Notes under the pieces: model-generated | What the model was told of the DNA's origin: nothing | The model's input: only the letters and a program-made list of their open reading frames with translations | Database searches by the model: none | DNA from: Candidatus Eiseniibacteriota bacterium | Lineage (GTDB): Bacteria > Eisenbacteria > RBG-16-71-46 > CAVPCR01 | Reading direction: 5' to 3' | Length of the DNA stretch: 64,000 nt | Assembly (NCBI GenBank): GCA_963702435.1 | Contig: CAVPCR010000005.1 | Location: 320,001 to 384,000, forward strand | Shown: positions 51,867-62,891 of the stretch, one piece after another | Position numbering within the stretch: the stretch's first letter is position 1 | Layout of the letters: every line of letters begins with the position of its first letter | Translations under genes and position numbers: made by a program

Positions 51867-52250
51867 ATGGGCCAGCCCCTGAGTCACGATCGCTCGCCCG
51901 CCGAGAACCGGTACTGGCACCCGGAAGGCCGCCCGCACCGGGAGCCGATCCCCATCCGGCGCTGGCTCCTCCTTCTCGTCCTCGGGATCGTCGCCTGGGA
52001 GCTCATGTTCTCGCCGCGCGGGTTCCTCTCGATCTGGCGCTACGATCACGAGCGCAAGGAACTCGCCAAGCAGCGTGCCGCGCTCATGGCCGAGCGCGAG
52101 GAGCTGGCCACGCTGAAGGCGCGCCTCGAGTCGGGCGAGGCGGTCGAGGAAGTGGCGCGCGAGGTCTATGGGTATGCGAAGGAGGGCGAGGAGGTCTACA
52201 TCCTCTCCGACCAGGCGACCGCAAAGGACAAGGACCCGAAGAAGAAGTAG
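51867..52250 (+). CDS. ftsB: Septum formation initiator FtsB/DivIC family
   Basis: TM helix, coiled coil, VEEVAREVYGYAKEGE; conserved eno-ftsB order. Confidence 0.8.
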   Translation: MGQPLSHDRSPAENRYWHPEGRPHREPIPIRRWLLLLVLGIVAWELMFSPRGFLSIWRYDHERKELAKQRAALMAEREELATLKARLESGEAVEEVAREVYGYAKEGEEVYILSDQATAKDKDPKKK

Positions 52251-52359
52251 CGGGATTCCGCCGGTGCCGGGCGCGGCCTTCAAGGCTCGTGACCGGCCGC
52301 CACCTCCTTTCAGCCGCCGGCCCCTCGCTCAGCCGCCCTCTTTCGCCCGCCGCCCTCTT

Positions 52360-52818
52360 TCAGCCGCCGCCCCCTCCCGTGCCCAGCCACACGAGAAGCG
52401 CGATCGCGAGATTGATCGCGTGCGCAGTGAAGCAGAGGACGCACGGCACCCGGGTGAGGAAGAGCAGGCTCCAGCTCAGGTAGGCGCCGAGCGCCACGGT
52501 GCCGAGCGCCGTGAGCCGGTAGGCCACGAGCACCCAGCCGGGTGCCGCCCCCGCCCCGCCGGCGATGGCGAGCCCGATCACGGCCAGGTAGTAGGCCGTC
52601 CCGAGGAGCGAGTTGGGAACGCCGAAGACCCGGGCGCGAGGCGTATCGAGAACGCGGGCGCAGGTCGCCTCGCCGAGCCGGCAGCGACGCGGGATGAAGA
52701 AGGCGTCGGGAGCGATCAGACGATAGCTCACGCCCGTGAAGTAGGCGGCGATCGCGAGCCCGGCCAGGGCAAGCACGAGCAGGAGCGCCCGCCCCACGGC
52801 TTCGCCGCTGAAGTCCAT
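52360..52818 (-). CDS. Vitamin K epoxide reductase (VKOR) family protein
   Basis: C-x6-C...VL loop, FGVPNSLLG and CVLC motifs; 4 TM helices. Confidence 0.88.
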   Translation of the reverse strand: MDFSGEAVGRALLLVLALAGLAIAAYFTGVSYRLIAPDAFFIPRRCRLGEATCARVLDTPRARVFGVPNSLLGTAYYLAVIGLAIAGGAGAAPGWVLVAYRLTALGTVALGAYLSWSLLFLTRVPCVLCFTAHAINLAIALLVWLGTGGGGG

Positions 52819-53095
52819 GGCCGTAACCTTAGCACCGGCGAACCCGACTCGGCACGCCGGCGGCGGCGCCGAATCGACTTCGCGGCGTATTCACTGGACA
52901 TGCAGCGCCGGGCGGCGCTAGCGTGGACCCGAGGCCGTCAACGCCATCGAGGTCCGTGCCCGCCCGGGTCGAGTCTCGAGCGACTGCCGGCCGCACGCGC
53001 CCACCTCCGATCGGGAGGGCGCCGCCGGCGATGGCCGGCCCTCCCTCCCGCCTCTCATGCGGCTCAAGGAGATCGAGCCGCGACGGAGGGACGTC

Positions 53096-54004
53096 ATGAT
53101 TGCCGTCACCTGCCCCACCGGGCGGATCGCCGGCCTGCTCGTGCCCCGCCTCTGCCGGCGCGGCCACCCCGTGCGTGTCCTCTGCCGAGCCCCTTCGCGC
53201 GCCGATCATCTGACCGCTCTCGGCGTCGAGGTGCTCAAGGGCAGCCTCTTTGAATCCGAGCGCCTGACCCTTTTCCTCCGCGATGCCACAGCGAGCTTCC
53301 TCGCCACGCCCCTCCTCGACGATCCGCGCGACGAGCGCAAGATGGGCCGCATGCTCGCCGAGGCGCATGCGGGCTCGACCGTGGAGCACGTGGTCTACCT
53401 CTCGGTGCTCGGGGCGACCTCCGCGGCCGGCGATACGCCCGTCACGGCAAAGATGGAGATCGAACAGAACCTGGCCGACACGGGGCTCGATTTCACGGTC
53501 TTGCGCCCCGCCTTCCTCATGGAGAACCTGACCGTCCAGATGGCGGAGATCGAGAGCGGCGTGCTCGCGCTCCCCGCTTCGCCCGCGGATCCGTTCCCCC
53601 TGGTAGCCGCGGGGGATGTGGCCTGCGCCGCCCTGATCGCGCTGGCCCGCGGTCCGGCCGGCGCCGAACGGATCGATCTCGTCGCTCCGGAGATCCTCAC
53701 GCCGGTCGAGATGGCCGCGGTCCTCGCCGAGGCGCTCGGCCATGAGGTGGAAGCGATCGAGGTCGGCGCTCGCGAGTACGGGCGGCGGCTCGAACGGTCC
53801 GGCTTGCCGGCGCACCGCGCGGAGCATCTCGCCGAGCTGGCCTCGCACCTGGCGGACATCGGTGCGCGCATGCGCCACGCTCAGGCCGACGAGGCTGCGC
53901 TCGGCACTCCGGCTCACACCGCCACGTCGTTCGCCGCCTTCGCGCACGAGCTCGCGGGCCGGCGCCCTGCGTTCGCGCCGGCGCGGGCGTACCTCACGTT
54001 CTAG
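53096..54004 (+). CDS. NmrA-like NAD(P)-binding (atypical SDR) protein
   Basis: IAVTCPTGRIA, HVVYLS, KMEIE, LRPAFLMEN and GDVA motifs; GGAGG RBS. Confidence 0.85.
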   Translation: MIAVTCPTGRIAGLLVPRLCRRGHPVRVLCRAPSRADHLTALGVEVLKGSLFESERLTLFLRDATASFLATPLLDDPRDERKMGRMLAEAHAGSTVEHVVYLSVLGATSAAGDTPVTAKMEIEQNLADTGLDFTVLRPAFLMENLTVQMAEIESGVLALPASPADPFPLVAAGDVACAALIALARGPAGAERIDLVAPEILTPVEMAAVLAEALGHEVEAIEVGAREYGRRLERSGLPAHRAEHLAELASHLADIGARMRHAQADEAALGTPAHTATSFAAFAHELAGRRPAFAPARAYLTF

Positions 54005-54021
54005 CCGCCGCTCGCGAGCGA

Positions 54022-55350
54022 CTAATCGAGCATGCCGTTCATGGACGCCGCGGGGAGCGGCGCATCCGGCACGTAGGGCAGTCCGCGCGGTGTCGCGCGC
54101 TGGGTGAGCGCGAGGAAAGTGCGGCGCGGAAGCACGAAGTCGGCCAGCTCGTCCGATGGCGGGGCGGCCCCGGCCGCGGCCTGGACCACATCGGCCGCGA
54201 TCTCGGCCGGAGTCCGCCGATCCACCGGCACCTCGCGCACGATGCGACCGCCGGCCGCGCTCCGCCAGCCGCCGTTCCACGGCAAGACCGCGAGCTCGGT
54301 CCACAGGCCGGTCACATCGGTGACCCGCGGCCCCCAGTGCGTCCACGGGAAGGTGAGCGCGAACGTGCGCAGCGCGGGATCGGCCGGGTTCGGCTTCATC
54401 CGCCCGGAGCCGTCCTCCTGCTTCGAGTCGGCCTCGCGCGGATCGCCGAGCACGAGCCAGCCCGACTGCGGGACGCCGTAGACAATCGAGGTGTTGGTGA
54501 GGAGCCCGAGCGCGCGCGCGACCACCTCGCCGTCTCGCGACACGAAGCCCCACGGCCCGAACGGCACGCCTAGCACCTCGCAGACGCCGATCAGACGCAG
54601 GAGCACTCTCGCCACGTCCTGGTGCGAGAGGCTCACCAGGTTGTAGCGGCCGCCGGCCTGGTCGAGGTCGGCGCAGAGATCGAGCGTGACGCCGCCGTAC
54701 TGGATGTAGTGCCAGTGGCGGATGTCGTCGGCCGGCGGGAAGGCCCGATAGCGCTCGAGCGCGGCCGCCGCCTTGGCCTGGATGCCCCGGATCTCCGGGT
54801 TCTTCTCCGCCATCTTCGAGAGCATGGAGAAGGCGCGCTCCGCGGTCTCGAGGCGGCGGATCATGAGCGCCGACCAGGCCAGCGGGAAGGCGAGCGACGG
54901 GCGTTCGGCGAGGCTCATGCTCGCCGCGATGCTCACGACCTCGTGATGGCGGCCCTCGTCCGAGTAGGCGATGACGAGCGACTCACGCACCTCGGGGTTC
55001 CGCGGGTCCAGGCGATAGGCTTCCTCGAGGAGCGGCACGGCCAGATCGCTCGCGCTCTGATCGATGAGCGCCCAGCCCGCCTGCAGCCACATGCCCGCAT
55101 TCTGCGGATCGGCGATGATGGCCATGAGCGCGCGCGCGATCTCCTCCTCCCCCACCTCGTTCGCTGCGCGCGCGGCGAGCTCGTAGGCCTCGCGCAGGTA
55201 GCGCTGCTCGTGCCAGGCGAACCCCGCCGCGCGCAGCGCGTCGCGCGGGTGGCCGGTGGCAAGATTGCGGGCGGCGGCGTCGATCGCCTCCCGGGCGGAC
55301 TCGTTCGCTTGCTGGATCGGAAGCCAGGGAGATGGCTGAGGTCGCGCCAT
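54022..55350 (-). CDS. TPR-containing hypothetical protein
   Basis: Helical repeats (DPQNAGMWLQAG, AYRLDPRNPEVRESL) plus an unassigned C-terminal domain. Confidence 0.75.
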   Translation of the reverse strand: MARPQPSPWLPIQQANESAREAIDAAARNLATGHPRDALRAAGFAWHEQRYLREAYELAARAANEVGEEEIARALMAIIADPQNAGMWLQAGWALIDQSASDLAVPLLEEAYRLDPRNPEVRESLVIAYSDEGRHHEVVSIAASMSLAERPSLAFPLAWSALMIRRLETAERAFSMLSKMAEKNPEIRGIQAKAAAALERYRAFPPADDIRHWHYIQYGGVTLDLCADLDQAGGRYNLVSLSHQDVARVLLRLIGVCEVLGVPFGPWGFVSRDGEVVARALGLLTNTSIVYGVPQSGWLVLGDPREADSKQEDGSGRMKPNPADPALRTFALTFPWTHWGPRVTDVTGLWTELAVLPWNGGWRSAAGGRIVREVPVDRRTPAEIAADVVQAAAGAAPPSDELADFVLPRRTFLALTQRATPRGLPYVPDAPLPAASMNGMLD

Positions 55351-55996
55351 GGTGCCTCTTCCCGCGGAGCGGGGGATCGCGGCCGGGTAGGTGGTGCCTT
55401 GAGCGGCGCCAGGTGGGCGGCGCCCTTCGACTTATCGGCCGCGCCGGAGCGAGGATGAGCTGCCTGCGCACGGGGCCCCGGCCGGCCGGCTGATGCAGGG
55501 GTAAGCCCCTGGCGGGAGGCCGGCGGGCGGCAGGGCCGCGCGGGGACGGGAACCGGCTCCCGTCCGCGCTCCTGCGCCCAGGTGCCTCCGTGCGTTCGAG
55601 TTAGCGGCGGCCCGGGACCGGACATATCAGGGGGCGCCGCGCCGCGCGAGCGACGCGCGAGCGCCGCGCGATCTCCGGCTCGTCCGCTATCGCCCCGGCG
55701 AGCGCCGCCCGCGGCATGCCAACGATCGGAGCTCGGTCACGCTCGTGCTCCGCGGAGGGATCGAGGAGCGCGTCGGCTCCACCGACGAGCGCGGAACACC
55801 GCTCAGCGTCGTCGTCAAGCCCCGGCCGGCATCGAGCATGTCGATGTCTTCGGACCGGGCGGTGCAACGACCCTGCGGCTCCTGCTGTCGCCGGCGGACC
55901 AGTCACTCGCCGCGGAGGCGGGGCACTGGGCCGCCGGCTGGCGGTGGAGCCACGCGCAGGGGCCGGCGCGGAGTACCGGCCCCGATGTGCTCCCGG

Positions 55997-56470
55997 TCAC
56001 GGCTCGGCGGGGCCGGCGTGCATCCACGCCTGGAACAGGCTGTAGCCGATGGAGAGGACGACCGCCCCGACGAAGAGCCCGATGATTCCCGAGAGGAGCA
56101 TGCCGCCGATCGCGCCGAGCAGGATGACCGGCATCGGAATCGCGACGCCCCGTCCCAGGAAGAGCGGCTTGAGCACGCCGTCGGAGACGCTGACCAGCAG
56201 GCACCAGAAGGCGAAGACGATCGGGGCGACGGTGACGAGCGAGAGGATGACCGTGAACGCAGCGCCGGCAATCCGCGAACCGACGAAGGTGAGCACTCGC
56301 TTGACCTGTGAACGGGCGGTCGCCATCGCCGCCTTGAGGTTCTCCGTGGCCAGCACCCAGAATCCGTGGACCTTCTCGCCGATCAGCGGCCAGCTCAGCA
56401 CCTTCTCGGGCGGCGGCGGCAAGCGGATGCCGCGGTCCTCGCGGAGCGTCTCGGCGAGCCGGGCGCCGGT
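55997..56470 (-). pseudogene. AI-2E family transporter remnant (5' truncated, internally deleted)
   Basis: PPPPEKVLSWPLIG joined almost directly to DGVLKPLFLGRG...GAIGG...GIIGLFVG; only ~155 codons and no good start. Confidence 0.7.
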
Positions 56471-56611
56471 GGTCTACTTCTTGGATCCGGAGTTTGCTCG
56501 CGAGTTCCCCCTGGGACACAGGCTGACCGGCGCGCGCATGATACGACGTACGGGCGCCGCCGGGCAGCCGCCTTTCACCAGGTGGGCAACCGGCGGCGGG
56601 GGGCTCGGCTG

Positions 56612-59286
56612 CTACTTGATCAATGCCATCTTCTGCGACGCCAGGTAACCGTCGGCCTCCAGCCGGAGGAAGTAGGTGCCAGAGCCGGCGGGGCGCCCGT
56701 GGTCGTCCCGGCCGTCCCAGACTAGCTTGTGCTCGCCGGCCGGGAACTCCCCGCGCGCGAGCACCGCTACCTCACGCCCCGCCACGTCGTGCACGGTGAC
56801 CTGAACCCGGCCCGCTCGCTCGACATTGAAGCGGACCGTCGTCGCCGGGTTGAACGGATTCGGGACGTTCTGGTGCAGGAGGGCGCGCCCGGGCAGGACG
56901 CCCTCCGCCGCGACCGCCGTCTGATCGAGGCCGAGGACGGTGACGCCGACTCGGTAGGAGTCGAAGTCCGTCGTCGTCACGAAGCGCGCCGAGGCGACGA
57001 AGCTCACGCCATCGGTGCGTGAGAGGATCGCCGCGGTGGCGTCGCCCTGCGGGCCGACGTAGATCGGGAAGGCGACCGGGTCGAGCACCTGACCCGCCGG
57101 GCTCACGCGCGCGCCGTAGATGTCGGTCCGCTCGTCGAAGAAGGCGCCCTGGTTCCGCTGATCGTCCCAGGCGACGACGAAGTTCGTGCCGTCCCAGCCG
57201 ACCACGGGGCGGAGCTGTCGCCCCGGCGCTTCGGCGATCGTGAAGTTCCCCGTGGCGAAGGAACCGTCCGCGTTCATGATGCGACCGGCGATGTAGTTGT
57301 TGGCGTTCGACAGCGTATTGTTGCGCCAGACGAAGAGGTACTTCTGGCCCGAGAACGCCACGTCCGGAGTCCCGGAGCCGCCCCCGGTCTGCGCCGGATT
57401 GGACGCTGGAGTGAACGAGCCGTTGGAGATTCACGAAGTTGTAGATCGCATCGGAGCGGGAGTCATCGTGGCTCCAGTTGCTCTGGTACGTCACGATCCA
57501 GCGCGTGCCGGCGGCGTGGACGCGCGGTCCGACGGAGACGTAGCCGCCGCCGATGAGCGTGGCCGCGTTCTGGAAGCCGCCCGTCGGCCCGTCGACGATG
57601 CGCATCCAGGCGTAGATGAACTGCGGGTAGGTGTCGAAGCGCGCGCAGGCGATGAGGAAGTCCTCGCCGAGCGCCTCGACGTCCGGGCTGAAGCCGGGCA
57701 TGACGGCAAGCGGCGTCTGATCGACGAACGATCCGTCGCCGTTCAGGCGCCGCGCCATGATCTGGGTCGGCGAGAGCCCGCTCGCTCCCTCATCCCAGGT
57801 GACGAGGTAGACCGTTCCACTCCATGCGATCGATGCCTTGCCGATGGTCGGGCCCGCCGCGACCTCGATCGGCTCGCCTGCGAGCGGCACCCCGTCGGGC
57901 CCGAGGAGGTGGAGGAGCACTCGATCATCGTTGGCCGCCTCGCTCACGAAGACGACGGCGATCCGGCCGTCCTGGCCCGCGGCGAAGTCCGGCGTGCGCT
58001 GGCTGCGCGTGCCGGTGGAAACGCAGCGCTCCGCGCCGGGGACGTTGGCGGCGCTCACCGGCAGCGTGAAGACGTTCGTGTCGTAGCCGAGCGCCACCCG
58101 CACGTCGTACCAGAAGACGTGCACGCCGCCGCCGGGCCGCGGCGCCAGCACCGGGTTGTAGGCGGTGTTGATGTTCCCGCCGATCTGGATCGGCAGGAGG
58201 ACGCCGCCGTTCGGATCGAGCACGGTGCCGGCGGCGTTGATGCGCACGGTGCGCAGCCGATCGGAGACTCCCCACTCGAGCCACCAGTTGGTCCCGTCGT
58301 GCGCGAGCGTCGACTGGGTGTACTGCGAGAAGTTCTGGACGATCATCGTGCCGGCCGGCGTGAGGAGCGTGCCGCCGAGCGTCATGCGCGAGCCGACCAG
58401 GTTCACGTAGTCGGCGACCCACACGACATAGTGCTCGCTCCCGTTCGTGGCGAGGGTCAGGCTCGGCACGGTGAACGGCGCCCCGATCGGCTGGGCGTCG
58501 AGGCCGACGCGGACTGCTTTGGAGGCCGAGCTCGTGTTCCAGTCCGGCCCGGCGGCCAGGTACTCCCCGTTCGCAGCGAGGAGCGCCGTTCCGCCGTAGA
58601 TCCAGTCCATGAGCAGACGCGGCGTCGGATCGAGGAGCGCGCCGTCTGCCGTCGATCCGCTGGCCGACGAGCATCGTGCCGTAGCCGGTGTCATGGTAGA
58701 TGCAGCGCGTGACCAGCCACTGCCCGTTCTGTCCGGCGACCTGGCGCCCGATCGTGTTGGGCGTGAACTGGGTCGGTGGAAAGAGTATGGGGGTGGCATC
58801 CAGGACCTGCCCTGCTGAGGACACGCGCACCGCGCGCATCCGATCCTCGAAGTACCCGCCGACCTGGTCCTGGGAGATGTAGACGACAAGCCAGGCCGAC
58901 CCGTTCCAGGCGACGAGCGGGTAGCGCTGGAGTCCCATCCCGCCGGCGACCAGGAAGGGCATCGGGTCGATCGGGTTGCCGGCCGCGTCGAGGCGGATGC
59001 CGAAGATGTCGCCCCCGCTCTGGTTCGTGCCGCCGCCGACCGCCTGGCCGCGGTAGTCCGACCACACGACGAGGTACCGGTCGCCGCCCCTCGCCACGGA
59101 GTGGTCCTGCTGGCTCTGGGTTTCCGGAGCGACCGCAAGATCCCCGGGCAGGAGCCCGCGCTCGAGGATCGGCGGCTGGGCGCGGAGCGCCGCCGGAGCC
59201 GCGAGGAGGAGGAGGACGACGCCGAGCAACACCGCGGCGCGGAGCGTTACGTCGGAACCACGCTGCGTTCTGGTCCGGTGGGTCAT
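56612..59286 (-). CDS. Large secreted repeat protein with FlgD-Ig CTD (frameshifts at ~58645 and ~57425)
   Basis: Signal peptide; repeated (W/F)xGxxYLVVWxD...IYGARV..G.VLDP units across three frames; QNVPNPFNP...WDGRD...SGTY. Confidence 0.8.
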
Positions 59287-59327
59287 GGCACTGACTCCTT
59301 CAGGGTTTGCTAGTCGGCGCGCTGTCT

Positions 59328-61747
59328 TCAACGCACGAGGACCATCCGCGCGGTCGCTTCCCGCTCGGGGGTCGTCACCTTCCAGAAGTAGACGCCGCCC
59401 GCCGCGGCGCGCCCCGCATCGTCCCTACCGTCCCAGCGCACCGTGCCGCGGCCGGCCGCCGCCCTCTCGGCATCGAGCATCCGCCGCACGAGCCGCCCGT
59501 GCACGTCGTAGACGCCGATCTCGACGCGCCCCGCCGAAGCGAGCGTGTAATCGAGCGTCGTCGCATCGCGGAACGGGTTCGGCGCGCTCGGCTCGAGCCG
59601 GAAGGTCGGCGCGCCCGCAGGCGACCTCGACGCTCGACGGGGAGGAATACTGGACCGTGAGGACGGCGATGCCGCGGCTCGCGCAGCTCAGCCACAGCTC
59701 ATAGCCCTGGGGCAGCGTGCGCACCTGGCAGGCATAGATCTGCGCGTGCGGCAGCCCGCCCCACTGGGGTTCGCCGTTGACCGGGGTCGGGAAGTACCCC
59801 GCGTTCACGCCGTCGAACCAGAGCAGGCCATGGGGCGTCCCGTTCCAGCCGCCCGGATCGAACATCGCGAACCAGACGCGGCCATCGGACGTCACCGCGA
59901 GCGGGCTGGCGCCCACGCAGGAGTAGCCGCCGACCTCCGTGAAGTACTGGTAGGTGCCGTCGTTCGCGTTGAGCTTGAACATCCCCTGCGTGGAGCCGAG
60001 CCAGGCGATGCCGCCGGGACCGGCCGCGACCGTCCCGAAGATGTCGCTCTGCGTGTTCAACTCGGGGAACTGGTTGTAGTCCCGCGAGAACCGATAGGTA
60101 CCGTCGGTGCGGATCACCTCGGCGTAGGTGCTGACCCAGACCGTCCCCGGCCGGTCCGGGTCCTTCTGGATGTTGTTCCCCCAGGTGCCGTTGTTCGGCA
60201 CCGACACCCAGCTCGTCCCGTTGTGGTAACGCAGCTCGAAGTAGTTGCCGAGCGACCAGAGTCGCCCCATCGAGTCCTCGACCAGTCCACGGCTCTCGCT
60301 CATGCCGTTCAGGTTGGTCCAGCTCGCGCCGTTCCACTGGTGGATGCCGCCGTAGGTGGGGTTCACCGCCACGCTGCCGTTCGACGGCCGGAAGCCGACC
60401 GCCTGGCTGTTGTCGGTCGGGAAGGGCCACGACACGCCGAGCCCGTACTGATGGTTGTTGAACCCGATCCAGCGCGTGCCGTCGAACATCGTCATGCCGC
60501 CGAAGCCCGGTCCGGCGTTGGCGCAGGCGTAGACGTGGCCGGTGGCTGGATTGACCGAGAGGTCGTTGTTCCAGCTGTCGTACTGGCTGGTGTTGGTGAT
60601 CCGGTAGCGCTGCCAGACGCCGGTGGCAGGGTTGCGCCGAGCGGCTCCGCCCGTCCCCATCGCCCACACGTTCCCGGCCGCGTCGATCTCGAGGTCGTAG
60701 GTGAAGCCGCCGGGACGCCAGACGCCGAGGTCCTGCCACGACGTGCCATTGAAACGCCAGATCCGCCCGTTGCCGTCGGCGAGGAGCGCTTGCCGGTCGC
60801 CGAAGGCGCGGAACGCCCAGATCGAGGGATTGCCCGGCGCGATGGGCGGCTGCGCGGGGGTGACCCAGGTGCCGTCGGGGCGGCGATAGTCGAGCGAGTA
60901 GACGGCGTTCGAGCCCTCGAAGCGGACGAAGCGCGTCATCCAGAGGTGGCCCGAGTCGTCCACGCTCTCGCGGCCGGGCATGTCGAGCATGCTGCCCGGC
61001 GTGTAGGAGAACTCGTGGAAGGTCCACAGCTGCGTGCCGGAGTCGAAGGAGACGATCGAGGCGCCGTTGTCCGCGTCGCCCCAGACGATGTAGCCGCCGC
61101 CCGGCTTCGGCTGGATCGACACGGAAATGACGCTCCAGACGAGCAGCGGCCAGTTGTTCCCGCCCTGCGGCGGGTTGCCCCCGGTCCAGTAGTGCCAGTC
61201 GTTGGTGCCGGGGGTGTGGCGCACGATCCCGCCACTCGAGCCGCCGAAACCGATCAGCGCGAACCAGATCTTCCCGTCGGGAGAGAAGTCGAAGTCGCGG
61301 CATCCGCCAGTCGGCGATGGCGGGGCTCGACGACGCGAAGTTCACGAGCGAGGAGGGACCGACCGCCGGATCCATCCGCAACACGCTCCGCCAGGTCGAC
61401 ATCCAGAGCCGTCCCTGGGCGTCCTCCTCGATGTCGGTGACGCGCACCGTTCCCTGCAGCTCGGGGTGTCCGATCACCGGGTAGTCGACGTTCGAGACGT
61501 TGACCCAGCGGTTCTCGGCCTGCAGGAAGTGGGCGACGCCCCCCTCTTCGAAGGAGGGATCGTAGCCGCCGATCCACGGATCGCCGTTGCCGTCGATCCA
61601 GATCGCGTCGCAGTAGTCCCCCTGGATCCCCGTGTTTCCCGGGCGGTAGTAACGCCATGTCTCGACGGGCGGCTGACTGCGCGCGACGCCCGCGGCGAGG
61701 AGCGAGACGGCGGCGGCGGCAACCAGCGTCCTCTGGAATTGCTGCAT
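59328..61747 (-). CDS. Secreted beta-propeller protein with FlgD-Ig CTD (frameshifts at ~61310, ~59610, ~59465, ~59360)
   Basis: MQQFQRTLVAAAA signal peptide; repeated DxxGxxW blades; CTD fragments PNPF, WDGRD...GGVYF and ARMVLVR-stop; AGGAGG RBS. Confidence 0.8.
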
Positions 61748-61879
61748 GGGAGCCTCCTGGCGGCACGGGCTGGAACGCGACCGGGGGGTCAAGGGCTGGC
61801 TTCGATCGGCGTTCCGTCTTGTCCCACAGTGCCGATGGCCCGGATTCTGATACATGGAAGGTGGGCACAGCGGTGACCG

Positions 61880-61895
61880 AGCAACCGGCATGCCA
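61880..61895 (-). promoter_or_regulatory. Sigma54 -24/-12 promoter
   Basis: TGGCATGCCGGTTGCT, a near-consensus match, ~130 nt upstream of the 61747 start. Confidence 0.7.
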
Positions 61896-62097
61896 CCGAT
61901 TGCATGGCGTAAGTCGCCACGGGGTGGAGGCTTACGCCGGCGCCCGCGGCCGGGGCACGGGCTGCGGGCGGGGAGCCGGGGTCGGCTGTCAGGGAGATGG
62001 ACGGGGGCCAGACAGGGTGTCAGTCCGCGGGTGCGATATGGGCGTGAGGCCCGATCGTATCGGCGGCGGCATTGGAGCAGCAGCAGCGGGCTTCCCC

Positions 62098-62285
62098 TCA
62101 GGCGGCCGCGCCGCGCGCATCGCGACCATCCCAGCGAAGCGCCCGCCGCCCAGCGTCCGCAAGACCCTCGGCGGGCACGGCGCGCTCCCGCCCCGTCACG
62201 TCGCACACGGCGATCAGCACCCGCCCCGCCTCGGCCGCGCGTAGCCGATCTCGCCCGCCACGCCGAACCGGTTCGGCCGTGGCGC
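62098..62285 (-). pseudogene. Degraded FlgD-Ig/CTD remnant
   Basis: PRPNRF...EIGY, then in another frame AGRVLIAVCDVTGR...AGRRALRWDGRDARG, then a premature stop. Confidence 0.6.
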
Positions 62286-62298
62286 ATCGAGCGATCCT

Positions 62299-62587
62299 GA
62301 TGGAGAAGCAGCCCGCGCACTGGCAGTGGCTGGTCGAGGTCACCGGCGCAACCGTCTTCACGGTGACGAGCATCACGGAGCGCATGCTCGACCCGTTCGA
62401 GCGCCGGGACGTGACGTATCGGGTCGGCGTTCCGGCGGGAACTGCGGGCCCGCTCGCAGTGGCGGCGCGTCTCCGGTTCCGGCCCTTCGCTCCGGCCACG
62501 GTCCGGAGCGCCGGCCACCCGGAGCTCGTGCCGCGGATCCCCATCTTCGACATGGCGACCGCATCCGCCGCCGTGACCGTGCGGTAG
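62299..62587 (+). pseudogene. Orphan C-terminal gene fragment (resembles the tail of multiheme-cytochrome-type proteins)
   Basis: WLVEVT...LDPFERRDVTY...GPLAVAARLRFRPF...PIFDMA; no CxxCH or N-terminus present. Confidence 0.4.
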
Positions 62588-62734
62588 CCCACCCTGCGCG
62601 CGCGCAGGGCGTCGAGACGGAAGCTGCGCGCCCCGGCGAGCCTCGCCAGCGCCGTCAGCCGAGCCAGGTGCGGCACTGCCCTTCGGCCAGGCTCCCTGGT
62701 TGACCGCGCCCCCCTCCTGTGCGACCGTCTCTGT

Positions 62735-62876
62735 CACGGCGGCACCGGCGCCAAACCCCGATGGGTCCTCCCCCGCAGGATCCCTCGACCGGGGCAAAGG
62801 GGAGAGCACTCCTCCGGCGGGTCTGTCGCGTGATCTTCGCTGCGCAGCCGAGGGCGGGGGCCGAGGTGGCGTCGTG
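62735..62876 (+). ncRNA. Candidate structured cis-regulatory leader RNA with pseudoknot
   Basis: Closing stem CACGGCGGCACC/GGTGGCGTCGTG; inner stems CCCCG/CGGGG and GGGTCC/GGATCC; loop CTCCCC complementary to downstream GGGGAG; TTGACC at 62700 upstream. Confidence 0.5.
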
Positions 62877-62891
62877 CGAGGAGAACGAATC

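Noticed and set aside
52305..52378. Degenerate repeats (ctttcagccgccg-like) after ftsB
   Set aside because: Short, imperfect slippage duplications of the VKOR 3' end; no evidence of function.
55601..55906. Possible cyclic-nucleotide-binding domain remnant
   Set aside because: Resemblance is limited to a few residues; too weak to call without a profile search.
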